Positions 47,195 to 57,139 of a stretch of 64,000 nucleotides of DNA are shown piece by piece (position 1 is the first letter of the stretch; each line of letters begins with the position of its first letter). Origin of the DNA: a virus; IMG/VR virus record IMGVR_UViG_3300028581_000013. The stretch is one strand, 5' to 3'. Made by a program: the position numbers and the translations under genes. The notes beneath the pieces are model-generated. The model searched no databases. It was not told the origin of the DNA and saw nothing but the letters and a program-made list of their open reading frames with translations.

Positions 47195-48300
47195 TGATCA
47201 ATAGGGATCAGGCACTTCATTGTGCTGGTGTATTTAAAGATTACTTTAGTAACATTGGAAGTACCGAAGAATACATGCGTGATGAGAAACTGAAGAATGT
47301 GGCTGATATGCCATCTTCTTTATTTCCAATTGAAGATGATTTATTCTCCGATTTCACAATGCACCCAAAAGATATGGATATTGAAGTGTGTGAAATACCA
47401 AACGATGTTTGGGAACCTTTACTTGCCATTACCAGTTCACACATCAATAAAGCACCAGTTGGTAAGAATATTCAATTGGCAGTCAAAGAAAGAAACTCAG
47501 GAAAGATTCTAGGATTCATTCGTTTGGGTTCACCAGTAATCTATATGAAACCTCGTAATGACTACCTAGGACAAGTTTGGATTCAAAATGAAGATACTGC
47601 CAAGCGGTTCAATACGGCTTGTGTTATGGGTTTCGTAATTGTACCATCTCAACCATTTGGTTTTAATTATCTAGGCGGTAAACTTTTATCTGCCATTTGT
47701 GCCAGTCATACCGTAAGAGAAATCTGTAATAAAAAATACGATATGAATATCTGCTTGTTTGAAACTACCAGTTTATATGGAAGTACCAAATCGGTTTCAC
47801 AATATGATGGCATGAAACCTTACATTCGTTTTAAAGGCTTAACAGAATCAGATATTGTGCCAATGATGCACGGCCAAAGATATACTGATTTGAAAAAATA
47901 CGTGGAGGATATTACTGGTGATTTATTGGGTGGAGATACTTCAACAACGAGTAGAAAACTCAGAACATTCACTAAGATTATTGCTCTCACCAAAGCTGCT
48001 TTAAAAGGAACACCTGAAGGAGATGCTTTCTCTTTAACGATTGACAATGCCAAAAAGTTGACAGAAAAGAAACGATATTATATTTCTGATTATGGATTTA
48101 AAAATACTGTTGATTACATGAATTGTAAGACCGACAAACTTTTACCTGGTGAAAATTACAAGAAACATGAACTATCAAATGTAATCGAATGGTGGCGGAG
48201 TAAAGCTATAAATAGATATGAAACCCTTAAAGCTGAGGGTAGATTACGAACAGAACTTGAAGTATGGACTTCAGGTAAAGACATTCAAATTATTAGGTAA
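47191..48300 (+). CDS. DUF4338/DruA-like protein, paralog 2
   Basis: GFIRLGSP...PRN, IVPSQPFGFNYLGGKLLSAIC, ETTSLYG, SQYDG. Confidence 0.65.
   Translation: MMINRDQALHCAGVFKDYFSNIGSTEEYMRDEKLKNVADMPSSLFPIEDDLFSDFTMHPKDMDIEVCEIPNDVWEPLLAITSSHINKAPVGKNIQLAVKERNSGKILGFIRLGSPVIYMKPRNDYLGQVWIQNEDTAKRFNTACVMGFVIVPSQPFGFNYLGGKLLSAICASHTVREICNKKYDMNICLFETTSLYGSTKSVSQYDGMKPYIRFKGLTESDIVPMMHGQRYTDLKKYVEDITGDLLGGDTSTTSRKLRTFTKIIALTKAALKGTPEGDAFSLTIDNAKKLTEKKRYYISDYGFKNTVDYMNCKTDKLLPGENYKKHELSNVIEWWRSKAINRYETLKAEGRLRTELEVWTSGKDIQIIR
48207..48214 (+). promoter_or_regulatory. Late promoter TATAAATA
   Basis: Exact consensus about 90 nt upstream of ATG 48304. Confidence 0.6.
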
Positions 48301-48303
48301 AAA

Positions 48304-49566
48304 ATGGCAAAAAAAGAAGATGCTCAAGAAACTGCTCAAGCATTATTTTGTGCTTTAGCTGATTTTCATGGTGTGGCCAACATCGATAAAATCTTTAATG
48401 AAAAAGCATATCCATCTTATTTTGATTTTAAGGCTTTTTGGAACAAAAAATACCCAAACGCTAGTATAGAGAAAACATTTCAAAAGAAACTTTTATCTGG
48501 TAAATCTTCACTACAAGAAGTTGAAGATTTGTTGTATGGAGTTCAAGAAAAATCTAAAAGTAAAAAAACAGAGTGGTACCGATCTTCTTTACACATTGCC
48601 GCACAGTTGATGAAAGACATCTCCACCATTTCAAAAAATTTTAATTATATAAAGTCGAAAAATTGGTCTGATATTTTTTATGCTCAAGGTGATAAAGAAG
48701 TTATGGAAAATATTGCGAAACTTTATAAAAAAGCCAACGACAATCAAAAAAAATTAATAGAAAACAAAAATAAAAATAAAGCTCCTGCATCTGAAATTAT
48801 AAAAATTTCAAGACCTTTTGATAACATTAATAAATGGTCCACGGCTGATATTTATTTTGCTTCTGATGATGCCAAAAAACAAATTTCAGATTTAGTATCC
48901 GAAAAACAATTAGATTATACAAAATTAAATGCGTTTATAAGTAAAAACATTTCAAATGGTGATATATTGCCATTATCATTAAAAAAACAACCAAATGAAG
49001 TTAAAATTTTAAAAGTTAATTTCAATCGACCCCAAGAACAAAAAGACATTGATAAGTTGGAATATGGTGGTATTAGTAATTGGAAAAAATATGATGAAAA
49101 TACTGATATAAAAAAATATACAAGAACACTATTAGTTTATATGTCAAAAGATAAAAGCATGGAATTACAAATGCGCCACGACCCCTCAACAGAAGGTTAC
49201 AAAGGTGTTGTAAAACTTTCAGGTGCAGGTGCTTTTGAGGGCAGTTTATCTGCTGGACCTATAGCTGATCTATTGTGCACAATAGATTTATCTTTTGGAA
49301 AAAAATGGTATAAAGTATATCAAGATGCAAACAGAATTTTTAAAGACTATAAAGTAATTCTTGATAAAGAACTAAAAGAAAAAGATAGAGATCAATATGA
49401 TGAAAAAAGAGAAAAAGCCAGTGCAAAAGTTACAAACGAAGTAAATCCTGTTTTGATTAGTTGGCTAAATAAGGACAAACAAAATGCAGACCTTTTCATT
49501 CGTAATGTTTACACCTACGCAACTGCTCGTTCTACAAATTCATCAAAATATGTTATAGCAAAATAA
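48304..49566 (+). CDS. Hypothetical protein, possible restriction-endonuclease-like fold
   Basis: QE near N-terminus, NKWSTADIY ... ILPLSLKK. Confidence 0.5.
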   Translation: MAKKEDAQETAQALFCALADFHGVANIDKIFNEKAYPSYFDFKAFWNKKYPNASIEKTFQKKLLSGKSSLQEVEDLLYGVQEKSKSKKTEWYRSSLHIAAQLMKDISTISKNFNYIKSKNWSDIFYAQGDKEVMENIAKLYKKANDNQKKLIENKNKNKAPASEIIKISRPFDNINKWSTADIYFASDDAKKQISDLVSEKQLDYTKLNAFISKNISNGDILPLSLKKQPNEVKILKVNFNRPQEQKDIDKLEYGGISNWKKYDENTDIKKYTRTLLVYMSKDKSMELQMRHDPSTEGYKGVVKLSGAGAFEGSLSAGPIADLLCTIDLSFGKKWYKVYQDANRIFKDYKVILDKELKEKDRDQYDEKREKASAKVTNEVNPVLISWLNKDKQNADLFIRNVYTYATARSTNSSKYVIAK

Positions 49567-49567
49567 A

Positions 49568-50035
49568 ATGACCCTAGACGATATAGAAAACGCAATCTTT
49601 CAAGGCCAAAAAGGTTTCGACCAAGCACTTGACCTTATAGAAAGATACAAAACAAATAAAAAACATTTTCTAAATGATGGAAGATTGATTGCTATTAATC
49701 AACGAGTTAATGGTGTCAAACAAAAATTAAATACCATACCAACACAATTCTTAAATAAAATATCAGTAACAATTAGATATAAAAACTATATTAGAAGTGT
49801 TACACCGGTTGGTAAAATAGAAAGTGTAAGCGCTACAGCAACAAAAGTTTTAGAGATAGTAACTGAAGATAGTAACAAAAGAATATTGAGTGCAAAAGAA
49901 CCTGCTACCAAAAGAAATAGACAATATGAAAAAACCGAAGTAATAAAGTTCTTTCATCAAAATTACAATTCTATCGTTGCCTTGTTCGAACTATATAATT
50001 TACTACAAGATATAAAAGATGTGATTAACAATTAG
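49568..50035 (+). CDS. Hypothetical protein, possible internally deleted relative of the 57204 gene
   Basis: 155-aa ORF with weak terminal similarity, judged by eye. Confidence 0.5.
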   Translation: MTLDDIENAIFQGQKGFDQALDLIERYKTNKKHFLNDGRLIAINQRVNGVKQKLNTIPTQFLNKISVTIRYKNYIRSVTPVGKIESVSATATKVLEIVTEDSNKRILSAKEPATKRNRQYEKTEVIKFFHQNYNSIVALFELYNLLQDIKDVINN

Positions 50036-50043
50036 GTGATAAT

Positions 50044-50325
50044 ATGGCTTTAGTTGATTTCGATAAAGTATTACAAGAATATACTGACGATGATGATGAT
50101 TTTGGTTTTTCTGCCGTTTCTGAAGAAGAATATAATTCAGTTATAAACAAAACAGCAGAGACCGCTGATGACTATAAATTAAGATTGAATGAAGTTGAGA
50201 AAATGATTATTCCTTTCCTTAAAAAATTACATTCAACCGGAGATAAAGAATACATATATTGGCCGAATCGTAAACCAATTATAGAGAAACAAATAGAGAG
50301 AATACTGAAACTAACAAGAGATTAA
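50044..50325 (+). CDS. Hypothetical protein
   Basis: DDDFGFSAVSE...YIYWPNR. Confidence 0.65.
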   Translation: MALVDFDKVLQEYTDDDDDFGFSAVSEEEYNSVINKTAETADDYKLRLNEVEKMIIPFLKKLHSTGDKEYIYWPNRKPIIEKQIERILKLTRD

Positions 50326-50328
50326 ATT

Positions 50329-51042
50329 ATGTCTGCTACTGTGATTATACCAACCACTGGATCACCAGAGGTCAAAACTGCCGTTGAATCTGTTTTAAAT
50401 CAAAGCCATCCTACTGATTGTTATGTTGTCATTGATGGTGACCAATATATGGACAAAACACTGGAGGCGTTGGGTTCAGCTGTTGATGACACACGAGTTC
50501 ATATCTGTGCTTTACCAATCAATGTAGGTGCCAAAGGATTTTATGGCCACCGTGTCTATGCCGCTTTCACTCATCTAGTCAATACAGAGTACATTGCTTA
50601 TCTTGACCAAGATAATTGGTTATATCGGTCACATGTAGAAAACTGTATCAAAACAATTAACACAAGAAGTTTAGATTGGTGTTATTCTTTACGCCAAGTG
50701 TATAACAAACAAGGTAAGTTTGTTTGTTTTGATGACTGTGAATCGTTAGGTATTTGGCCAACATACCACGGAGTTCATCACATAGATACTAATTGTTACT
50801 TCATTAAAACGGAAGTAGCAAATAAAATTGCAAGTGTTTGGCATGGTGGTTGGGGTCAAGATAGAGTATTTCTACAAGCAATCACAAAACACTTTCCCAA
50901 ATTCTATTGCACAAGTGAATATACAACCTGTTATAGAGTAGATGGTGGTAAAGGTTCTGTTACAGCAGAATTCTTTGAAAATGGTAATAAAGTAATGAAT
51001 GAAAAATATAATGGAGAATACCCATGGCGGAAAAAAGCTTAA
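50329..51042 (+). CDS. Glycosyltransferase family 2
   Basis: ATVIIPT, AVESVLNQ, YIAYLDQDNW. Confidence 0.85.
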   Translation: MSATVIIPTTGSPEVKTAVESVLNQSHPTDCYVVIDGDQYMDKTLEALGSAVDDTRVHICALPINVGAKGFYGHRVYAAFTHLVNTEYIAYLDQDNWLYRSHVENCIKTINTRSLDWCYSLRQVYNKQGKFVCFDDCESLGIWPTYHGVHHIDTNCYFIKTEVANKIASVWHGGWGQDRVFLQAITKHFPKFYCTSEYTTCYRVDGGKGSVTAEFFENGNKVMNEKYNGEYPWRKKA

Positions 51043-51875
51043 TAATTGGTGCTATAACCAACTATGATTTCGATAAGGTTGCACCTTGGGTAAAATCAAT
51101 TAATGAAACTGGTTTTGTTGGTGATAAGATAATGGTTGTTTTTAATTCGACATTAGAAACAGTTGAAAAACTTGTTCAACACGATTTCAAAGTTGTTGTG
51201 GTTGGCCAAGAAGATAAAGAAAACAAAAGATTTGTACACCAATCACATCTACCAATTCATGTAGAAAGATTCTTTCACATTTATAACATTTTAAAAGATA
51301 ATTGGGAATTCTATGACTATGTTATTACAACAGATGTTAAAGACATTATCTTTCAAAGTAATCCAGTGGATTGGTTAAAAGATAATTTAAACGACAAGAA
51401 ATTGGTTGCTGGTTCAGAGGCCATTCAATACATGCATGAGCCTTGGGGTAATCAAAATCTACTAGAAACTTATGGCCAATATTTTTACGACCAATTTAAA
51501 GATTGTGAAATCTATAATGTAGGAACACTAGGTGGTGAATCTGAATATATGAAAGATTTGTGTTTAAATATATTCTTGTCTGCTATTAATCGTCCAATAC
51601 CAATTGTTGACCAAGCTGTATTTAATGTACTGATACAGACCTTGCCATTTAGAGATGTTATTCATTTTGCAAGACAACGAGATGGTTGGGCTTGTCAAGC
51701 AGGCACAACAGTTGATCCATCTAAAATAGAATCTTTTAGACCACATTTACTAGAAGAAGAACCAGATTTTATTGATGGTTATGTTTATACATCCACAGGA
51801 AAAAAGTTTTGTATTGTTCACCAATACGACCGGGTTCCTGAATGGAGAAAAATTATCGAGGCGAGATACAAATGA
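51024..51875 (+). CDS. GT-A glycosyltransferase-like protein
   Basis: ERF, VITTDVKDIIFQSNP, DQAVFN, IVHQYDR. Confidence 0.7.
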   Translation: MAEKSLIIGAITNYDFDKVAPWVKSINETGFVGDKIMVVFNSTLETVEKLVQHDFKVVVVGQEDKENKRFVHQSHLPIHVERFFHIYNILKDNWEFYDYVITTDVKDIIFQSNPVDWLKDNLNDKKLVAGSEAIQYMHEPWGNQNLLETYGQYFYDQFKDCEIYNVGTLGGESEYMKDLCLNIFLSAINRPIPIVDQAVFNVLIQTLPFRDVIHFARQRDGWACQAGTTVDPSKIESFRPHLLEEEPDFIDGYVYTSTGKKFCIVHQYDRVPEWRKIIEARYK

Positions 51876-52873
51876 AAATTTTTATAACAGGATTAGCAGG
51901 ATTCTTGGGCAGCCATTTGGCCGACAGAATGATAGAACTTGGCCATGAAGTTATTGGTAATGATACACTCATTGGTGGTTATGTTGACAATGTACCAATC
52001 AAAGCAAAGCTATATGTGGTCGATTGTTGTAAGGTTGATGAGATGGCACAGATTATGAAAGGTTGTGATATTGTAATACACACAGCTGCCACAGCACATG
52101 AAGGTCTTTCAGTTTTTAGTCCAAGTTTTATTACTCGAAATATATTTGAAGCTTCTGTAGCTACAATCTCTGCGGCAATTCAAAATAAAGTAAAACGATT
52201 CGTATACTGCACTTCAATGGCACGATACGGTGACCAAAATACTCCGTTTACTGAAGATATGAAACCAAGACCAGTTGATCCATATGGTATTGCCAAAGTT
52301 GCTGGTGAAGAAGTTTTAAAAGCTCTAGGTGAAACACATAACATGCAATGGAACATTGCTGTACCTCACAACATTGTGGGACCAAGGCAGAGATATGATG
52401 ATCCTTTCCGTAATGTAATGAGTATTATGATTAATAGAAATCTACAAGGTAAACCATCTATTATTTACGGAGATGGTTTACAAACAAGATGTTTTTCTTA
52501 TATTGATGATTGCATTTCTTGTTTAGAGAAAATGGCACTTGATCCTAACTTGACACATCAAATTATCAATATTGGTCCCGATGAAGGAACAATTACAGTA
52601 AAAGAAATGTCAAAAATGGTTGCTGAAGAATGTGGATTTGAAGGAGAACCAATACATATGCCAGATCGGCCAAGAGAAGTCAAACACGCATCTTGTTCTG
52701 CTGATAAAGCAAGACGCTTATTGAATTATGAAACAAAGACGGATTTGAAAACGTCAATCAAAAAAACCGTGGACTATATCAAACAAAAAGGAACAAAACA
52801 ATTCGATTATTCTTATCCATTGGAAATTATCTCAGATAAAACTCCAGCAACATGGAAAGATAGGTTGATGTAA
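51872..52873 (+). CDS. NAD-dependent nucleotide-sugar epimerase/dehydratase
   Basis: ITGLAGFLGS, YGIAK, IYGDGLQTRCFSYIDD. Confidence 0.93.
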   Translation: MKIFITGLAGFLGSHLADRMIELGHEVIGNDTLIGGYVDNVPIKAKLYVVDCCKVDEMAQIMKGCDIVIHTAATAHEGLSVFSPSFITRNIFEASVATISAAIQNKVKRFVYCTSMARYGDQNTPFTEDMKPRPVDPYGIAKVAGEEVLKALGETHNMQWNIAVPHNIVGPRQRYDDPFRNVMSIMINRNLQGKPSIIYGDGLQTRCFSYIDDCISCLEKMALDPNLTHQIINIGPDEGTITVKEMSKMVAEECGFEGEPIHMPDRPREVKHASCSADKARRLLNYETKTDLKTSIKKTVDYIKQKGTKQFDYSYPLEIISDKTPATWKDRLM

Positions 52874-53595
52874 TGGCGACAATAGGTTTCTTTAACTGTG
52901 TTTCAACACAACCAAAAGCTACAGAACATTCTATACAATCAATACGAAAGTTTCATCCAGATAGTTTCTTTATGATTGCTTGTGATGCAGGTCCAGATTA
53001 TTATACATTATGTAAAGAGTATAATATCGAATATTATCATTCACAGAAAAGTTTAAGTTATCCGGTTCAACCATATGGTTACAGAAAAGAAAAAATATTG
53101 GAATGGTTGAGTAGATTCTATATCGCTTGTATTAAAACCAACACAACACATTTGATGATGGTTGAAGATGATGTGGTATTGATTAAACCAGTAACGGTTG
53201 AGGATGATTGGGAGGTATCTGGTCATGCAACAACTCATGCAAATCTATTTCATCCAGAATTTACAAAGATGATACACGAATATTCTGGAGTTTATCCTGA
53301 TGTTCAAGGTTATGGTGCTGGTGGTGGTTCGATATTCAAAGTAAAAACATTTATAGACAATTACTTTGGCATTGTAGAATTTATTGATAAAAATGCTGAC
53401 TACATACAAGATAACTTCTATCCTACGATGGGTTGGATGGATTGTTATATGACATACTACTATTTGTTGTGTGGTAAAAAATATACGAACAATCCTCACT
53501 TGTTCAACATTTGGCCAACAGATAAAAATTATGATATTAATAATGTGCCATCTGAAATGGAAATAGTTCACAACTATAAGAATTATTATGTATGA
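52873..53595 (+). CDS. GT-A glycosyltransferase-like protein
   Basis: SIRKFHPDS, LMMVEDDV. Confidence 0.6.
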   Translation: MATIGFFNCVSTQPKATEHSIQSIRKFHPDSFFMIACDAGPDYYTLCKEYNIEYYHSQKSLSYPVQPYGYRKEKILEWLSRFYIACIKTNTTHLMMVEDDVVLIKPVTVEDDWEVSGHATTHANLFHPEFTKMIHEYSGVYPDVQGYGAGGGSIFKVKTFIDNYFGIVEFIDKNADYIQDNFYPTMGWMDCYMTYYYLLCGKKYTNNPHLFNIWPTDKNYDINNVPSEMEIVHNYKNYYV

Positions 53596-54223
53596 AAATT
53601 ATAAGGTAGTATCTCCAGGCCATCTGTTTCAAATTAGAACTGGTCCTGGCCCCGATTATAGTGAAACATATTCCAAAACAAGATATGATTTATATCCGAC
53701 AACGGATAAAATGTCGCAGTTGAGATATTCTATAATTGAATCAAATATTGGCCGTGTCAATTCAATTTGTGACTTTGGTTATGGTAACGGAAGTTTTTTA
53801 AAATATTGCCACATAGAAGGACGCAAAACTTTTGGTTACGATATATCTAACTATCAATTACCATCTTACGTTACTAAGGTAGATAATCCAGACAATGTTG
53901 AAGTTGATGTAATGACTTTTTTCGACTCACTAGAACATTTAGATGTGGAAGATTTGACACCAATTCTCAAAGCAAAGAAAACAAAATATTTTGTTATTTC
54001 TGTTCCTTGGTATCACGAATCATGTGGAAAAGAATGGTTTATGAATTGGAAACACCGTAGAGAGAATGAACACTTCCACCATTTTGATTGTAATGGACTG
54101 ACAAAATTATTAGTTGATGCTGGTTGTAAGATAATTCATGTGTGTAACGATGAAGATAAAATTAGAACTCCTTTTAGTGACTTACCAAATATTTTAACGA
54201 TTGTGGCAAAAAAGAATGATTGA
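53588..54223 (+). CDS. Class I SAM methyltransferase, paralog A
   Basis: ICDFGYGNGSFL, FFDSLEH, EHFHHF. Confidence 0.85.
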   Translation: MYENYKVVSPGHLFQIRTGPGPDYSETYSKTRYDLYPTTDKMSQLRYSIIESNIGRVNSICDFGYGNGSFLKYCHIEGRKTFGYDISNYQLPSYVTKVDNPDNVEVDVMTFFDSLEHLDVEDLTPILKAKKTKYFVISVPWYHESCGKEWFMNWKHRRENEHFHHFDCNGLTKLLVDAGCKIIHVCNDEDKIRTPFSDLPNILTIVAKKND

Positions 54224-54839
54224 TAATTATGAAATGATTGAACCTGGTCATTGGTTTCAAAAGAAACAAACTGGTGAGATTATGAAGTACGATACTCGAT
54301 ACATGGAGTATTATACAAAAATGAATCTTGCTATGTCAAAATTAAGATTTGATTTATTGGATCGATATACAGACTTTGATTCTATTTGTGATTTTGGTTA
54401 TGGTGATGGTAAGTTTTTAGAATATTGTAAACACCAGAATGTGTCGAAGTGTTACGGCCATGATATATCCAATTTCCCATTACCACAAGGTGTTGAATTT
54501 GTACCAGATGTAACCAAACAGCAATTTGATGCCATTACCTTTTTCGATTCAATCGAACATATACCACAACCAAACGTCCATGAGTTGCTGGCCTCTTTAC
54601 AAACCAAATATATTATGATATCATTACCTTGGATGCATGAAGTAATGGGACCTGAATGGTTTAAAACATGGAAACACAGAAAAGAAAATGAACATTTCCA
54701 TCATTTTGATGTTCATGGATTGATTAAGTTGATGCAAAAATCAGGATTCACACCAATACATATATGCAACCATGAAGATGAAATTCGTAAACCTGTATCG
54801 AATCTTCCAAATATTTTAACTATTATTGCTAAAAAATGA
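54216..54839 (+). CDS. Class I SAM methyltransferase, paralog B
   Basis: ICDFGYGDGKFL, FFDSIEH, WKHRKENEHFHHF. Confidence 0.85.
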   Translation: MIDNYEMIEPGHWFQKKQTGEIMKYDTRYMEYYTKMNLAMSKLRFDLLDRYTDFDSICDFGYGDGKFLEYCKHQNVSKCYGHDISNFPLPQGVEFVPDVTKQQFDAITFFDSIEHIPQPNVHELLASLQTKYIMISLPWMHEVMGPEWFKTWKHRKENEHFHHFDVHGLIKLMQKSGFTPIHICNHEDEIRKPVSNLPNILTIIAKK

Positions 54840-55624
54840 ATGATATCACAATCGTAACTGCTTTCTTTGATATTGGTCGTGGTGATTGGACGCCAGACAA
54901 AGGATTGCCACATTATTTACAACGAACAACCAAAACTTATTTGCAAAGATTTAGTCATCTAGCAAAATTAGAAAATCCCATGGTCGTATACACATCTAAA
55001 GATATGGTAAAAGAAATAGAATATCTAAGGCAAGATAGACCAACACAAATATTAACTCTTGATTTTCAAAAAAACTTTAAAAAATTGAGAGAAGAAATTA
55101 CCAGTGTTCAAAAAAATATTGAATATCAAAGTAAAATAAATCCCATGCAAGTAAAAAATCCAGAATATTGGAATGCTGACTACGTTCTCGTTAATGCTTT
55201 AAAATCGTCTTTTGTTAGTAGGTCTTTGGATCTTATCAAAACCGATTTAATTGCTTGGCTAGATTTTGGTTATTGTAGAAGTGAATCAACATTGAATGGT
55301 GTTAAAAACTGGAAATATTCTTTTGATAAGAATAAAATACATTTCTTTAACATTAAAGAATGGACAGAAGGAACATACATCCAAGACGTTATTGCCAATA
55401 ATGACGTACACATTACTGGTCCTTGTATCGTCGCAGGCCGAGAAATGTGGCCAAAATTGGAAGCCATGGTGCACCATAGTATTAATGAACTTATAAAAAA
55501 TAATTTAATTGATGACGACCAAACATTATTGTTGATGTCTTATCTGATGAAACCGGAATTGTTTGAATTACATCCTGTTTCTAATACAGATTGGTTCATC
55601 GTTTTTAAGGAATTTAGTGAATGA
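54836..55624 (+). CDS. HtrL/YibB-like glycosyltransferase family protein
   Basis: ITIVTAFFDIGRGDW, NPEYWNADY, AWLDFG, DDDQTLL. Confidence 0.8.
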   Translation: MNDITIVTAFFDIGRGDWTPDKGLPHYLQRTTKTYLQRFSHLAKLENPMVVYTSKDMVKEIEYLRQDRPTQILTLDFQKNFKKLREEITSVQKNIEYQSKINPMQVKNPEYWNADYVLVNALKSSFVSRSLDLIKTDLIAWLDFGYCRSESTLNGVKNWKYSFDKNKIHFFNIKEWTEGTYIQDVIANNDVHITGPCIVAGREMWPKLEAMVHHSINELIKNNLIDDDQTLLLMSYLMKPELFELHPVSNTDWFIVFKEFSE

Positions 55625-56373
55625 AAATATTTCTATCAGGAACATCTAACTTAGGTGACTTTCTAAATGGCATGCCAGTATTATCTGGTATCAATAAATC
55701 ATACGGAAAGATTGATTTAATTATACGACCAGAAATGTCCAAGTTTAAAGGCATCAAGCAATTCTTATCTTATCAAGATATATTTTCTGATGTTAACTTT
55801 GCAAATGAAGTTTTTGTGTATGGTAATATTACTCACATGAGTAGTTGGCCAATTCGTGAAGATAAAGGTAATCCTAATCGACCAATAGAAACTTGTCGAT
55901 ATGAAAATTTCATGAAGGACAATTACAATTTAAATTTTGAAGTCGATGATGATTTCACAGTAAAAACACCAGAGTGTGATATTGCTGTAAAAGATACTTA
56001 TTATGTTGGTGACCGTTGGTCTGTAGGTGACATTGATGACCGTAGAGCTACACACACATTAAGTCATTTGAAAGATTGTGAATTCATTGATTATAATAAT
56101 GACCTATTAACGAATGCTTATATCATCAAAAATAGTACCAAACCAATCATTACAAGTCTGTCGGGAGTTTCTGTATTGACCGATTTATTGAATAAAGATG
56201 GTTACGTGGTTTGGAAAGCAGAAGATTGGGACATACAGTTTAGAAATGGTGATGACATTTCTTGGGACAATGGAAAAAATATTAATACAATTTTCGAAAA
56301 GCATTATTACTTGAATAGAAAAATGAAACTGGTACACCAAAACAAATTGGAAGAAATATTAAATGGTCATTAA
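55621..56373 (+). CDS. GT-B (GT9 heptosyltransferase-like) protein
   Basis: NLGDFLNGMPVL; SGVSVL. Confidence 0.5.
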   Translation: MKIFLSGTSNLGDFLNGMPVLSGINKSYGKIDLIIRPEMSKFKGIKQFLSYQDIFSDVNFANEVFVYGNITHMSSWPIREDKGNPNRPIETCRYENFMKDNYNLNFEVDDDFTVKTPECDIAVKDTYYVGDRWSVGDIDDRRATHTLSHLKDCEFIDYNNDLLTNAYIIKNSTKPIITSLSGVSVLTDLLNKDGYVVWKAEDWDIQFRNGDDISWDNGKNINTIFEKHYYLNRKMKLVHQNKLEEILNGH

Positions 56374-57067
56374 TATTGCACCAAATACTTTTGGTGGGCC
56401 TTTGAGAAATGGTGACATGATAGCACTCCTTAATGCACTAGAATATATTCGAAAAGAAAATCCAGAAGCAAAGTTTCATATGATGAGTGGTACTATCAAC
56501 TCAGCTAAGTATTGCCAAGATATGTTTAGTTTTCTTTGTGATAACACGGATTATTTTTCTGTGGAACCTGGCCAACATATTTTACCATGGAAAAGAGTAA
56601 ATCTTTGGGACTTTAGAGATATATCTGGTGATATTGCTGAAATTAAAAATACCAAAACAATGAGGAAAAAAATAGTTGTTTTTCCATTGTTTGATGCTCC
56701 ATATAACACATATAGAAATTGGCCAAAACAAGTATTTGAAAACATACTCAATGAATATAACAAACCAGAGTATGCTGAATATGAAAAGTTGATATGCATT
56801 CAAAATGAATTACCTCAAACCTATGATGGTTGGAAATATAGTACAGATTTTATGACTAATATTTACCACATTATGGAGTCCGAGATATTCATTGGTGCCG
56901 AAACGGGTTCTGCCGTTTTTGCATCGGCGCTTGACAAACCACCACAAAAACTGATATACTATTATTCCAGTCGAGGTTTAATACACACCTTACCATTCAA
57001 TGTCTTGAGGGGTAAAGGAGAATTAAAAACGTATTGGGGTGATTTTGAAGGTACTTCCTGGCAGTAA
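56363..57067 (+). CDS. GT-B (GT9-like) protein
   Basis: RNGDMIA, RNWP, IFIGAETGSA. Confidence 0.55.
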   Translation: MVINIAPNTFGGPLRNGDMIALLNALEYIRKENPEAKFHMMSGTINSAKYCQDMFSFLCDNTDYFSVEPGQHILPWKRVNLWDFRDISGDIAEIKNTKTMRKKIVVFPLFDAPYNTYRNWPKQVFENILNEYNKPEYAEYEKLICIQNELPQTYDGWKYSTDFMTNIYHIMESEIFIGAETGSAVFASALDKPPQKLIYYYSSRGLIHTLPFNVLRGKGELKTYWGDFEGTSWQ

Positions 57068-57139
57068 AATCCAACATTTTTGATGACTATGTATCAAACC
57101 CAATCTTTCTATGGTTTGGCCATGGGAGGTCAAATGTTG

